DNA of 64,000 bases from an uncultured Polaromonas sp. (GCA_964488145.1 CAZATV010000001.1:10128-74127); one strand, 5' to 3'. Numbered from the stretch's first letter, positions 31,347-41,238 are shown. The notes: generated by a model from the sequence alone, not told the origin. Numbers and translations are program-made.

Positions 31347-31386
31347 AAAAAACAACAAGCCCGGCATCGCTAAGGCGATCCGGGCT
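31347..31386 (-). terminator. Intrinsic terminator in the metX leader (riboswitch expression platform)
   Basis: Minus strand: AGCCCGG-ATCGC-CTTA-GCGAT-G-CCGGGCT then TGTTGTTTTTT. Confidence 0.75.
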
Positions 31387-31397
31387 GCGCGCGTGTC

Positions 31398-31447
31398 GTC
31401 TTTAGCTGAATTTTTTGAGCGCCCGCAAGCTGAGCAAATCGGCGCTT
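31398..31447 (-). ncRNA. SAM-II riboswitch aptamer
   Basis: Minus strand AAGCGCCGAUUUGCUCAGCUUGCGGGCGCUCAAAAAAUUCAGCUAAAGAC fits the SAM-II pattern (GCGC.GAUUU…UUGC..GCGC…AGCUAAA); upstream of metX; -10 TATACT at 31453-58. Confidence 0.88.
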
Positions 31448-31464
31448 GGGAAAGTATAGCTGGC

Positions 31465-32043
31465 TCACGCGCCCAGGGCAGATGCGGGTAGAAAGAAGGC
31501 CAGAAGACCGAGAATCGCGAAGACCAGTGCGCTGATTCGATGCACCAAGGAAATCGGCAGCCGTCGGGTCAGGCGCTCGCCGAGCCAGACGACGGGCACA
31601 TTGGCCAGCATCATGCCGGCGGTGGTCCCCACCACCACCTGAACCAGAGACTCATAGCGCGCCGCCAGCACCACCGTGGCCACCTGGGTCTTGTCACCCA
31701 TTTCGGCCAAGAAAAACACCACAACGGTCGTGGCCAGCACGCCCAAAGCCGGGGCCCGGGTCGCCTCATCGCCCTCCAGACGGTCTGGAATGAGCATCCA
31801 AACCGCCATCGCCAGAAAGGACAGGCCCAAAATCCAGCGCAGAACTTCCGGGGCCAGCAGGCTGCCAAGCCAGGCGCCCAGGGCGCCGGCCAAGGCATGG
31901 TTGGCCAGCGTGGCGATCAAAATCCCCAGGGCGATCGTCAGCGGTTGTCTGAAACGGGCGGCCAGCACCAAAGAGAGCAGCTGGGTTTTATCGCCGATTT
32001 CAGCCAGTGTCACCAGCCCTGTGGAAACAAGTAGAGCCTCCAT
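31465..32043 (-). CDS. TMEM165/GDT1 (UPF0016) family Mn2+/Ca2+ transporter
   Basis: Two signature motifs, AEIGDKTQ and AEMGDKTQ. Confidence 0.93.
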   Translation of the reverse strand: MEALLVSTGLVTLAEIGDKTQLLSLVLAARFRQPLTIALGILIATLANHALAGALGAWLGSLLAPEVLRWILGLSFLAMAVWMLIPDRLEGDEATRAPALGVLATTVVVFFLAEMGDKTQVATVVLAARYESLVQVVVGTTAGMMLANVPVVWLGERLTRRLPISLVHRISALVFAILGLLAFFLPASALGA

Positions 32044-32328
32044 GTCGCTGAGTTTAGCTGGCCACCCAGCATCCGAAGGACGTTGCGCACCGAGTTGGTG
32101 CGCCGCCGGCGCTGATTTTCAGTCGCCGCCCCTCAAAGGCCAGCCCGCGGAAGCAACAAATGTTCGGAAAACCAACAAAAAGGGCCGAAAAGGCAAAATT
32201 TCCAGCGTTTCGGGTAAGCACCAGCTACATACGGTTACCTTTTTCCTGGTGTCTCACGCATAATCCGAGGGGTAAGGATTTAAAAAATCCCTACAGTAGG
32301 GTGATCGGTCAGTTTCGCGCGCAGTGCT

Positions 32329-32376
32329 TTCGGGACTCCATCGCTTTTTTCTTTGTGTTCAAGAGGAGTCCCTGAA
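32329..32376 (+). promoter_or_regulatory. 5'UTR hairpin sequestering the SD of the RRM gene, U-rich loop
   Basis: GGGACTCC (32332-39) pairs with GGAGTCCC (32365-72); loop ATCGCTTTTTTCTTTGTGTTCAAGA. Confidence 0.55.
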
Positions 32377-32774
32377 TGGGAAACAAACTGTATGTGGGCA
32401 ACCTGCCCTATTCGATGCGCGATGAAGATCTTCATCAGAGCTTTTCGCAATTCGGCTCAGTCACCAGCGCCAAGGTGATGATGGAGCGCGACACTGGGCG
32501 TTCCAAAGGTTTTGGCTTTGTCGAGATGGGCAGTGATGCCGAAGCTCAGGCCGCCATCAACGGCATGAACGGTCAGTCTCTCGGTGGCCGCAGCGTGGTG
32601 GTCAACGAAGCTCGGCCCATGGAGGCGCGTCCTCCCCGCAGCTTCGGTGGCGGCGGTGGTGGTGGTCGCTCCGGCGGCGGTTATGGCGGCGGTGGTGGCG
32701 ACGGCGGTTTCCGCAGTCCCTACGGCGGTGGTCGTGGCGGCGGGGGCGGCTCCGGCGGCCGCGGCGGTTACTGA
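32376..32774 (+). CDS. RRM RNA-binding protein with Gly-rich tail
   Basis: RNP2 LYVGNL, RNP1 KGFGFVEM, VVNEARP, GGR/GGY repeats. Confidence 0.95.
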   Translation: MGNKLYVGNLPYSMRDEDLHQSFSQFGSVTSAKVMMERDTGRSKGFGFVEMGSDAEAQAAINGMNGQSLGGRSVVVNEARPMEARPPRSFGGGGGGGRSGGGYGGGGGDGGFRSPYGGGRGGGGGSGGRGGY

Positions 32775-32812
32775 TCGACTGAGGTCCCTACCGGGACCGC
32801 AAGGTCTGAAAT

Positions 32813-32847
32813 AAAAAGCCCTGTTGCTGAGTGCCACAGGGCTTTTC
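32813..32847. terminator. Bidirectional intrinsic terminator between the RRM gene and lptC
   Basis: AAAAAGCCCTGT…ACAGGGCTTTT between convergent genes. Confidence 0.8.
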
Positions 32848-33525
32848 TTATGGGCGTGGCACCAAGGTAGCGCGAACCCTGCCTCTGAGCTCAGCCACAC
32901 GTGTCCGGTGGTCATAAACCAAGGTGTCGCCTGAAAATCGATTCTGGTCGCTGGTGAGCACCACCGGCTGAGGTGAGCGTACCCATTCTTCTCGGGTATC
33001 GACGATCAGCAGCTCGCCGCGCAACTCCTGCTGGGGCGTGATCCGCCCGTCTGGGCCACGCCAAGGCTGACGAATCACCACGGCCTGACCTTTGAGCTCG
33101 AGGAGCGAACCATCGTCTCGAACCCAGCCCCACCGGGCCGACGCGGTCATGACTCGCGATTGCTCGTCGCTGGCCCAGAAGCGCGGCTGATCGACCTCCA
33201 CCGCCTTGTCGTCCCCATAGTGGCGAATCTCCTGACCGAACAACTGATTCTGTAACCGGCCCTCCGGACCAAAGCTTTTGATGATGGCCCCGCGCATAAA
33301 GAAATCCACCTCCTGAGCCTGCGACTTGGGCGCCGACGGTGGCTCGACAAAAACCGGGGTTCTCTGCACCATCCAGTAGGTGGCCAACGCGAGCACACCC
33401 ATTAGAACAATGGGCAGGTAAATGGAGAGGGCTTCCCAAAGGCCCAGGAAAAAACGCCCAGCCGTGCGCAGCGCCACGCGCCAGCCCCCTCCAAACGCTC
33501 CAACCCGCGACGATGCCACCGTCAT
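32848..33525 (-). CDS. lptC: LPS export protein LptC
   Basis: N-terminal TM (YLPIVLMGVLALATYW), DFFMRG, C-terminal ELRGRVRATL; follows kdsD-kdsC. Confidence 0.85.
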   Translation of the reverse strand: MTVASSRVGAFGGGWRVALRTAGRFFLGLWEALSIYLPIVLMGVLALATYWMVQRTPVFVEPPSAPKSQAQEVDFFMRGAIIKSFGPEGRLQNQLFGQEIRHYGDDKAVEVDQPRFWASDEQSRVMTASARWGWVRDDGSLLELKGQAVVIRQPWRGPDGRITPQQELRGELLIVDTREEWVRSPQPVVLTSDQNRFSGDTLVYDHRTRVAELRGRVRATLVPRP

Positions 33526-34127
33526 GCGATGTACTCCTGCAGCAGTCGGGCATAGGCCCCCTTGGCGGTCAGCAGCAAATCACACCACTGACGAACCGCG
33601 CCGTAACCTGCCGCCCTCTCGGTCACGTAATCCACTCGCGCCCTGACTTCCAGGTGCGCCGACGGTGGAGCGCAGCTGATCGCTGCACGCAGCAAGAGTG
33701 GCAAATCGGGCCAGTCATCACCCATGGCGGCCGCTGCCGACCAATCGAGGCCGAGCTCGCGCAAGGTCTGCTCGGCCAACGGTCGCTTGTCTTCCTGACC
33801 AAAGTGGGCGTTCGTGATGCCCAGGGCATGGACGCGGGCTCGCAGGGCAGGACTGTCCCGGCCGCTGATAACCGCCGGCGTAATGCCAGCGCGCTGCAAC
33901 ATCTTCAAGCCATGTCCATCCAGCGTATGAAAACGCTTGATCGTCTCGCGGGCCGAGCGACCGGCTTCCTCTTGCGTCGTCTCGCCGATCTGTTCTCCGA
34001 TGTATAGACCTCCATCGGTGAGAACGCCGTCCACATCGAAAAACGCCACCCGAATGTCCTGGGCACGGAGCAGCAAGTGCGGATCGATTTTCAAGACCGG
34101 TGACTGGGAGAGATCGACCGCAGGCAT
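33522..34127 (-). CDS. kdsC: KDO 8-phosphate phosphatase
   Basis: FFDVDGVLTDG, DGHGLK, ISGRDS, MGDDWPDL, GYGAVR. Confidence 0.93.
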   Translation of the reverse strand: MPAVDLSQSPVLKIDPHLLLRAQDIRVAFFDVDGVLTDGGLYIGEQIGETTQEEAGRSARETIKRFHTLDGHGLKMLQRAGITPAVISGRDSPALRARVHALGITNAHFGQEDKRPLAEQTLRELGLDWSAAAAMGDDWPDLPLLLRAAISCAPPSAHLEVRARVDYVTERAAGYGAVRQWCDLLLTAKGAYARLLQEYIA

Positions 34128-35116
34128 CAGATCACCTTGGCCCGCATCAGGTCGTTGCTGTTGAGCGCGCCGATCAGGCGATGCTGCGCATCGACCACCA
34201 GAACGCTGGTAATGCGGTGCTGCTCCATGATGGCCGCCGCTTCAGCGGCCAAGGCGTCGGCGCGCACAGTGCGCGGACTGGGGTGCATGACCTCTCGCGC
34301 ATGAAGGGTGCGCAAGTCCTGACCCTTCTCGACCAAGCGGCGCAAATCGCCGTCGGTGAAAATGCCCAAAACATGACCCTCGGCGTCGACCACTGCCGAG
34401 GCACCCAAGCCTTTGGCGCTCATCTCGCGCATAAGCTCGGTCAAGGAGGCGTGCGGGAACACTGCGGGCACCGACGGGCCAGTTCGCATCACGTCGCTGA
34501 CATGGGTGAGCAGCTGGCGCCCCAAAGCGCCCCCGGGATGCGATCGCGCAAAGTCCTCCGGCCGAAACCCTCGCGCATCAAGCAAGGCGACTGCCAGCGC
34601 ATCACCCAGGGCCAACTGGGCCATCGTGCTGGCTGTCGGGGCCAGATTGAGTGGACAGGCTTCCTGCTCCACGCTGCTGTCGAGCACCACATCGGCATGT
34701 CGCGCCAGGGGCGAGTCGGCGCCTCCGGTCAGAGCAATCAGCGCGGTACGCTGGCGCCGAAGGATCGGCAACAGGCTGTTGATCTCCTCGCTTTGACCGC
34801 TGTTGGAAATACCCAGCACCACGTCCGCGCCGGTGATCATGCCCAGATCACCGTGGCTGGCTTCCGCCGGATGCACAAACAGGGCCGGCGTTCCCGTGGA
34901 GGCCAGCGTGGCCGCAATCTTGCGGCCAATGTGACCACTCTTACCCATGCCCATGACCACCACACGCCCCTTGCATCGCAACATGATGTCGAGAGCTCGC
35001 ACAAACGCGGCCGGATCCAAACGGCTGGCCAGGTTGGTCACGGCGGCCGCTTCGATATCGAAGGTCTGTCGCGCCAGTGCCAGGCAATGTGCAGGATCCA
35101 GGGGCTTTGCTTGCAT
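34127..35116 (-). CDS. kdsD: Arabinose-5-phosphate isomerase (KpsF/GutQ family)
   Basis: GMGKSGHIG, STGTP, HPAEASHGDLG, LAPTAST, SHPGG.LG, CBS pair. Confidence 0.95.
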   Translation of the reverse strand: MQAKPLDPAHCLALARQTFDIEAAAVTNLASRLDPAAFVRALDIMLRCKGRVVVMGMGKSGHIGRKIAATLASTGTPALFVHPAEASHGDLGMITGADVVLGISNSGQSEEINSLLPILRRQRTALIALTGGADSPLARHADVVLDSSVEQEACPLNLAPTASTMAQLALGDALAVALLDARGFRPEDFARSHPGGALGRQLLTHVSDVMRTGPSVPAVFPHASLTELMREMSAKGLGASAVVDAEGHVLGIFTDGDLRRLVEKGQDLRTLHAREVMHPSPRTVRADALAAEAAAIMEQHRITSVLVVDAQHRLIGALNSNDLMRAKVI

Positions 35117-35209
35117 GCCTTGATTCTAGTGAGGCACACCTTGATGCGGCTGCAGCCGAGCAAAGACCGCCCTGTGTTCAATTTCCGTCCTTCGGCTACG
35201 ATGCCTCGC

Positions 35210-37210
35210 ATGAGTGGACTTGAGCTGACCCTGTTTTACCTGCTGGCCGCTGTGCTCGGCGTGGTGGTCTGCCGCAGCCTCAAGCTGCCACCGATGCTGG
35301 GCTATCTGGCCGTTGGTGTGCTCATCGGCCCCAACGCCTTGGCGCTGGCCCAGAACGCTGAGAGCGTTCACTACCTGGGCGAATTCGGCGTGGTATTCCT
35401 GATGTTCGTGATCGGCCTGGAGTTCAATCTGGGCAAATTACGCGCGATGCGCCAACATGTGTTCGGTTTGGGTCTGTTGCAAGTCATGCTCACGATGGCG
35501 CTCATTCTGATCGGCGCCTTGCTCCTGGGGTGGCTGGCACCCAATCTCTGGAATCTGTCTTGGCAGGGAGCGCTGGCCATCGCCGGCGCCGCTGCGATGA
35601 GCAGCACGGCCCTGGTGGTCAAGCTGCTGTCGGACCGGCTTGAGCTTGACAGCGAGCATGGCCGACGGGTAATGGGTATCCTTTTGTTTCAGGATCTGGC
35701 GGTGGTGCCTCTGCTGGTACTGATTCCCGCATTGGGTTCACCGGCCGAACAGCTCTTCGGTGCACTGGCCTTGGCCTTGTTGAAGGCGGCCGTTCTAGTC
35801 GGCTTGCTGCTGACCGGCGGCCAAAAAATCATGCGCTGGTGGTTGACCCTGGTGGCGCGTCGCAAAAGCGAAGAGCTTTTTGTGCTCAACCTGCTGCTGG
35901 TCACGCTGGCCCTGGCCTGGCTGACCGAGCTGGCTGGGCTCAGCCTGGCCCTGGGCGCTTTCATCGCTGGCATGCTGATCTCTGAGACCGAATACAAGCA
36001 CCAGGTGGAAACCGACATCCGGCCTTTTCATGATGTGCTTCTGGGGCTGTTTTTCATCAGCATCGGCATGATGCTCGATTGGCGGGAAGTGGCCGGTAAC
36101 TGGCCGCTGGTTTTGCTGCTGCTGGCCGTGCCAGTGCTGATCAAGCTGGTCCTGATCGCGGCGCTGGCGCGCAGCCTGGGAGCCACCGACGGAGTGGCGC
36201 TGCGCACCGGCCTGTACCTGGCGCAGGCCGGTGAATTCGGCTTTGTTCTGCTGACTCTGGCCCAAGACAGCCAGCTGATCCCAGCCAATCTGCTCAATCC
36301 AGTGCTAGCCGCGATGGTGCTGTCGATGCTGGCAACTCCCTTCATCATCATGCAGGCCAATACGGTGGTCATGAAGCTGGTGGCCAATGAATGGATGCAG
36401 CAGTCCCTGCAAATGACCTCCATTGCCCGAAAAGCCATCAACACCCGGCAGCATGTGATCATTTGCGGCTACGGGCGCTGTGGGCAGAATCTGGCGCGGA
36501 TGCTGGATCAGGAGGGCATTGCCTATATCGCGCTGGATCTAGACCCCGACCGGGTGCGCCAAGCAGCTGCCGCCGGTAACTCGGTGGTCTTTGGCGATGC
36601 CGCGCGGGTGCAGTCACTCATGGCCGCCGGCCTGGCCCGGGCCAGTGCCGTTGTGGTGACCTATCTGGACACCCCCGGCGCCTTGAAAGTCTTGGGCAGC
36701 GTACGCGAGCATGCGCCATCGGTGCCGATCATTGTGCGCACAGTGGATGACCATGATCTCGAGAAGCTTCAAGCGGCTGGGGCCACTGAAGTCGTGCCCG
36801 AAGCCATCGAAGGCAGCCTGATGCTCGCCAGTCATGCGCTGGCTCTCGTGGGCGTGCCGATGCGGCGGGTGATTCGAAGCGTGCAAGAGCAGCGCGACGC
36901 GCGATACGGGCTGCTGCGCGGCTACTTCCACGGCGCTGACGACGACACGGTCGATGAGCTTGAACACGAACGGCTGGCCACGCTGACGCTGCCGGCCGGG
37001 GTTCGCGCCGTCGGCCTGCGACTGGAAGAGCTGGCCCTGCATGCCGTCGGCGTGCGACTGGTCCATTTGCGCCGGCTCGACGGGCAGATGGTTGAACCCG
37101 ACGATGCGCTGGTGCTGCAAGGTGGGGACACTCTGGTGCTTTCCGGGCTGCCGCAGGCGCTGGCGCTGGCCGAAGAAAAACTGCTGCGTGAGCGCAGCAA
37201 GCGGAGCTAA
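35210..37210 (+). CDS. CPA2 (Kef-type) cation:proton antiporter with TrkA-N and TrkA-C domains
   Basis: EFGVVFLMF.IGLE, MSSTA, LLFQDLA, LGAFIAG, GEFGFV, ICGYGR.GQ, FGDA. Confidence 0.93.
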   Translation: MSGLELTLFYLLAAVLGVVVCRSLKLPPMLGYLAVGVLIGPNALALAQNAESVHYLGEFGVVFLMFVIGLEFNLGKLRAMRQHVFGLGLLQVMLTMALILIGALLLGWLAPNLWNLSWQGALAIAGAAAMSSTALVVKLLSDRLELDSEHGRRVMGILLFQDLAVVPLLVLIPALGSPAEQLFGALALALLKAAVLVGLLLTGGQKIMRWWLTLVARRKSEELFVLNLLLVTLALAWLTELAGLSLALGAFIAGMLISETEYKHQVETDIRPFHDVLLGLFFISIGMMLDWREVAGNWPLVLLLLAVPVLIKLVLIAALARSLGATDGVALRTGLYLAQAGEFGFVLLTLAQDSQLIPANLLNPVLAAMVLSMLATPFIIMQANTVVMKLVANEWMQQSLQMTSIARKAINTRQHVIICGYGRCGQNLARMLDQEGIAYIALDLDPDRVRQAAAAGNSVVFGDAARVQSLMAAGLARASAVVVTYLDTPGALKVLGSVREHAPSVPIIVRTVDDHDLEKLQAAGATEVVPEAIEGSLMLASHALALVGVPMRRVIRSVQEQRDARYGLLRGYFHGADDDTVDELEHERLATLTLPAGVRAVGLRLEELALHAVGVRLVHLRRLDGQMVEPDDALVLQGGDTLVLSGLPQALALAEEKLLRERSKRS

Positions 37211-37213
37211 GTC

Positions 37214-37798
37214 ATGAGCGCGCTCGGCCCTGTGCGACGGCGTCAATTCGGGTGGGGACTTCTGGCGGCCACCCTTCCTGCTGGACCGAGCTGGGGGACA
37301 GATTCGGTGGGCGCGGCCAGCCTGGCACCACTCATCCGCCCCGGCGGCTGTGTGGTGCTGATCCGTCATGCCCTGACCGAACCCGGCATCGGCGATCCGC
37401 CCGGCTTTACCTTGGACAACTGCCGCTCGCAGCGACTGCTGAGCCCCGAGGGACGCGCCCAGTCCCGACGCATCGGTCAATGGTTTACTGAACAAGGACT
37501 CAAGCCGGCAGCGGTGCGCTCGAGCCTTTGGTGCCGCTGCCGCGACACAGCCGACGAGGCTTTCGGCTTCCACACGCCGTGGCCAGCCCTCAATTCCACT
37601 TTCGGCAACGCCCAAGCGCAGCCGGCACTGACGCAAATGATGCGTCAGGCGCTGCGACAGATACCGTCGGGGCGCTTTGAAGTCTGGGTCACACACCAAG
37701 TGAGCATGAGTGCGCTGACCAACGCCTACCCCAGCATGGGCGAAGGGTTTGTGGTCGCCAGCGACGGCCGGCTGCTGGGTCGGCATCTCTGGGCCTGA
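37214..37798 (+). CDS. Histidine phosphatase family protein with possible Tat signal
   Basis: LIRHA, SS.WCRC.DTA, VTHQV; N-terminal RRRQFGWGLLAA. Confidence 0.82.
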   Translation: MSALGPVRRRQFGWGLLAATLPAGPSWGTDSVGAASLAPLIRPGGCVVLIRHALTEPGIGDPPGFTLDNCRSQRLLSPEGRAQSRRIGQWFTEQGLKPAAVRSSLWCRCRDTADEAFGFHTPWPALNSTFGNAQAQPALTQMMRQALRQIPSGRFEVWVTHQVSMSALTNAYPSMGEGFVVASDGRLLGRHLWA

Positions 37799-37998
37799 CA
37801 TCTTTGCCTTCACCTGCGCCAGTACGACCGCTGTGCGTACCCGTCCCCCGATAAAGCCAAGCTGAACGGTCACAGGCCCGGCCCGAGACGTTGTGCTTCG
37901 GAGGTTGCCTTTCCAGCAGGGTGGAGCGCCAGAGCCCGACAGGCCCATCGCCCGAGAAGGGCTCATCACGCCCCTGGTAGAAACCATAGGCTTGGCAC

Positions 37999-38024
37999 AC
38001 TTGTCCAAGCCTGCCTAGACAAGT
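37999..38024 (+). promoter_or_regulatory. Putative HutC operator upstream of hutU
   Basis: CCTGCCTAGACAAG (38010-23) resembles CTTGTNTAGACAAG-type HutC boxes; inverted repeat ACTTGTC…GACAAGT. Confidence 0.5.
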
Positions 38025-38062
38025 ACATTGAAGACCGTCCCACCAGTGCCCAAGGAACCGTC

Positions 38063-39766
38063 ATGACCGACCTGTCTGCCATTCATCAGCCGGCCCAGCC
38101 GCGCCTTGTCCGTGCCCCTCGCGGGAACCAACTCCATTGCGCGAACTGGCTGATCGAGGCCGCCTACCGGATGATCCAGAACAACCTCGATCCCGAAGTG
38201 GCCGAGAACCCTGACCAACTGGTGGTCTACGGGGGCATCGGCAAGGCTGCCCGTGACTGGGATTGCTTCGAGGCCATCCTGCGCAGCTTGCGGGCTTTGC
38301 AAGCCGATGAGTCTCTGCTCATTCAAAGCGGCAAACCGGTTGGGGTTTTCAAGACCCACACGGAAGCTCCGCGTGTGCTGATCGCCAACTCCAATCTCGT
38401 TCCCCGGTGGGCGACCTGGGAACATTTCATGGAGCTCGACCGCAAGGGGCTCATGATGTACGGGCAGATGACCGCCGGCTCCTGGATCTACATCGGCAGC
38501 CAGGGCATCATTCAGGGCACCTATGAGACCTTCGTGGAGGCCGGCCGCCAGCACTATGACGGCAGCTGGAAGGGGCGCTGGATCCTGACCGCCGGATTGG
38601 GCGGCATGGGGGGCGCGCAACCCCTGGCAGCCACCTTCGCTGGGGCCTGTTCTCTGACCATCGAATGTCAGCAAAGCCGAATCGACTTTCGGCTCAAGAC
38701 CCGTTATGTGGACGAACAGGCCCAGAGCGTCGACGATGCACTCGAGCGAATCGAACGTTACACCCGAAGCGGACAGGCCCGATCGGTGGCCCTTCTGGGC
38801 AATGCAGCAGACATACTGCCCGAGCTGGTCCGTAGAGCTCAGGCCGGTGGCCTGCGGCCTGATCTGGTAACTGATCAGACCTCAGCGCACGACCTGTTCA
38901 ACGGCTATCTGCCCTCGGGCTGGACCCTCGAACAGTGGCAGCAAGCCCGCAGCAGCAGTGGCAGCACCGCCCTTCGGGATGCAGCAGCCCAAAGCTGCGC
39001 CACGCATGTTCAGGCCATGCTGGCGTTCCAGAGCATGGGTATCCCGGTGGTTGATTACGGCAACAACATACGCCAGGTGGCGTTTGACCAGGGCGTTCAA
39101 AACGCCTTTGACTTTCCCGGCTTCGTCCCAGCCTACATTCGACCTCTGTTCTGCCGCGGCAAGGGGCCCTTCCGCTGGGTGGCCCTCTCAGGCGACCCGC
39201 AGGACATCCGAAAAACCGATGCAAAGATGAAGGAGCTGTTCCCGAATGACAAGCCCCTGCACCAATGGCTGGACATGGCCGGAGAGCGCATTGCCTTCCA
39301 GGGCTTGCCGGCTCGCATCTGCTGGATCGGTCTGGGCGAGCGTCACCGGGCGGGGCTGGCATTCAATGAAATGGTGCGCTCGGGAGAGCTCAAAGCGCCC
39401 ATCGTCATCGGTCGCGACCATCTCGACAGCGGGTCCGTCGCCAGTCCCAACCGGGAAACCGAGGCCATGCGCGATGGCTCTGACGCGGTATCCGACTGGC
39501 CGCTGCTCAACGCCTTGCTCAACACCGCGGGTGGCGCCACCTGGGTCAGCCTGCATCACGGCGGAGGCGTGGGCATGGGGTATTCGCAGCACTCCGGCGT
39601 GGTCATCGTTTGCGATGGCACCTCTGAGGCGGCACAGAGGATCTCACGCGTGCTCTGGAATGACCCGGCCACAGGCGTGATGCGGCATGCCGATGCAGGC
39701 TATGAGTCTGCCCGCGCCTGCGCGAAGGAACAGGGGCTGCGCCTGCCCATGGTGCCGGCCACTTGA
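38063..39766 (+). CDS. hutU: Urocanate hydratase
   Basis: [74 protein letters not shown]. Confidence 0.97.
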   Translation: MTDLSAIHQPAQPRLVRAPRGNQLHCANWLIEAAYRMIQNNLDPEVAENPDQLVVYGGIGKAARDWDCFEAILRSLRALQADESLLIQSGKPVGVFKTHTEAPRVLIANSNLVPRWATWEHFMELDRKGLMMYGQMTAGSWIYIGSQGIIQGTYETFVEAGRQHYDGSWKGRWILTAGLGGMGGAQPLAATFAGACSLTIECQQSRIDFRLKTRYVDEQAQSVDDALERIERYTRSGQARSVALLGNAADILPELVRRAQAGGLRPDLVTDQTSAHDLFNGYLPSGWTLEQWQQARSSSGSTALRDAAAQSCATHVQAMLAFQSMGIPVVDYGNNIRQVAFDQGVQNAFDFPGFVPAYIRPLFCRGKGPFRWVALSGDPQDIRKTDAKMKELFPNDKPLHQWLDMAGERIAFQGLPARICWIGLGERHRAGLAFNEMVRSGELKAPIVIGRDHLDSGSVASPNRETEAMRDGSDAVSDWPLLNALLNTAGGATWVSLHHGGGVGMGYSQHSGVVIVCDGTSEAAQRISRVLWNDPATGVMRHADAGYESARACAKEQGLRLPMVPAT

Positions 39767-39783
39767 GCGCTTGGGCCGCCGCG

Positions 39784-41202
39784 CTACTTGCCGATGCAAA
39801 AAGACGAGAAGATCACGCCCAAGAGATCCTCTGTTGTGAATTCCCCAGTGATCTGACCGAGCGCGTTTTGGGCCTGACGCAAGTCTTCTGCCAGCAAGTC
39901 GAGGGCCGGAGAAGGCGTCTCGAGCTGTTGCCCTGCGCGCTCAAGCTGCTGCGAAACCGCGTGCAGGGCCTGCAAATGCCGGGCCCTGGCCATGTAGAGG
40001 CCCTCCTGGCTGTGCCAGCCCACCTGCTTGAGCAAGGCGGCGCGCAAATCATCAAGCCCCTGTCCTGTCTTGGCTGAAATGAAAAGCCCCTCCGGGCGAT
40101 TGGTCCCTGCTGTGCTTTCGGGATCGCTGTCCATCTTGTTCCAGACCTGCAGCACTGGAATATGGGCCGGCAACCGTTGCGCGATTTGTGCATCAAGCTC
40201 GCGATAAGAACGACCTTCTTTATCCGCAGCCCGATGCCTCGGCCAATCATGCAGGAACAGGACCGCATCGGCTGCACTGATTTCTTGCCACGCCCTTTCA
40301 ATGCCAAGCTTTTCCACCAGATCACTGCTTTCACGCAAACCGGCTGTATCCACCACATGCAGGGGGACCCCCTCGATTTGAATCAGCTCGGTGACCTTGT
40401 CACGTGTGGTTCCTGCAATCGGCGTGACGATGGCTCGCTCAGCACCGGCCAACGCATTGAGCAGGGAGCTCTTTCCGGCATTGGGTTGACCCGCAATAAC
40501 CACCCGGATGCCTTCGCGCAAAATGGCGCCCTGCCCCGCTCGATCGAGCACGGCAGCCAGACGTTGCTGCAGTGCCAGGAGTTGACCCCGCGCATCGGAC
40601 TGTTCTATGAAGTCGATGTCTTCTTCCGGAAAATCCAGGGTAGCTTCCACCAGCATACGCAGATGGATCAGTTGCTGCATCAGGCTTTCAATTTCTCGGG
40701 AAAAGTCGCCGGCCAATGATCGTGCCGCAGAGCGGGCGCCTGCTTCGGTACTGGCCTCGATCAGATCGGCCACCGCTTCAGCCTGCGCCAGATCCATCTT
40801 TCCATTGAGAAATGCGCGGCGGGTAAATTCACCTGGCTCGGCCGGCCGAAGACCGGCCAAGCAAACCATACCAGTCACTGGGTCCGGCTCGGCAGCCACC
40901 TGCAAGCAGCGCTGCATCAGCAAGCGCAGCACCACCGGTCCGCCGTGCGCTTGGAGTTCGAGGACATCTTCTCCTGTGTAGGAGGCGGGCGCGGTAAAAA
41001 ACAAGGCCAGGCCCTGATCGATCACCCCTCCCTGGGCATCTCGGAAGGGGCCATAAGTGGCGGTACGCGGGACCAAAGGAGCGCCCCAGAACAGCCGAAT
41101 GAAAGACTCCAGCCGGACCGCCGAAATACGAACGATGCCCACCGCACCTCGCCCGGGCGCGGTCGCCATTGCAATGATTGGATCTTGTTGGCGGGCAAGC
41201 AT
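39784..41202 (-). CDS. mnmE: tRNA modification GTPase MnmE
   Basis: [47 protein letters not shown]. Confidence 0.97.
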   Translation of the reverse strand: MLARQQDPIIAMATAPGRGAVGIVRISAVRLESFIRLFWGAPLVPRTATYGPFRDAQGGVIDQGLALFFTAPASYTGEDVLELQAHGGPVVLRLLMQRCLQVAAEPDPVTGMVCLAGLRPAEPGEFTRRAFLNGKMDLAQAEAVADLIEASTEAGARSAARSLAGDFSREIESLMQQLIHLRMLVEATLDFPEEDIDFIEQSDARGQLLALQQRLAAVLDRAGQGAILREGIRVVIAGQPNAGKSSLLNALAGAERAIVTPIAGTTRDKVTELIQIEGVPLHVVDTAGLRESSDLVEKLGIERAWQEISAADAVLFLHDWPRHRAADKEGRSYRELDAQIAQRLPAHIPVLQVWNKMDSDPESTAGTNRPEGLFISAKTGQGLDDLRAALLKQVGWHSQEGLYMARARHLQALHAVSQQLERAGQQLETPSPALDLLAEDLRQAQNALGQITGEFTTEDLLGVIFSSFCIGK

Positions 41203-41213
41203 GGCGGGCCCAG

Positions 41214-41238
41214 AAAAAGGGCCGCTTAAAGCGGCCCC
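41214..41238 (-). terminator. Terminator-like hairpin between yidC and mnmE
   Basis: Minus strand GGGCCGCT-TTA-AGCGGCCC then TTTTT. Confidence 0.65.

Noticed and set aside
32044-32300. Expected yybP-ykoY (Mn2+) riboswitch upstream of the GDT1-family gene
   Set aside because: I could not find the GGGGAGUA…CGUC…GAGACC core on the minus strand; an Infernal scan is needed to exclude it fully.
32640-32771. GGC/GGT tandem repeats
   Set aside because: They encode the Gly-rich tail of the RRM protein; not a CRISPR array or mobile repeat.
34100-35209. 1036-aa ORF suggesting a large N-terminal extension on the CPA2 antiporter
   Set aside because: The extension is the antisense shadow of kdsD; the antiporter-like sequence starts at ATG 35210.
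39767-39800. Possible genomic island at the mnmE 3' end, a known integration hotspot
   Set aside because: No integrase, direct repeat or visible compositional shift; hutU ends 17 nt from mnmE.
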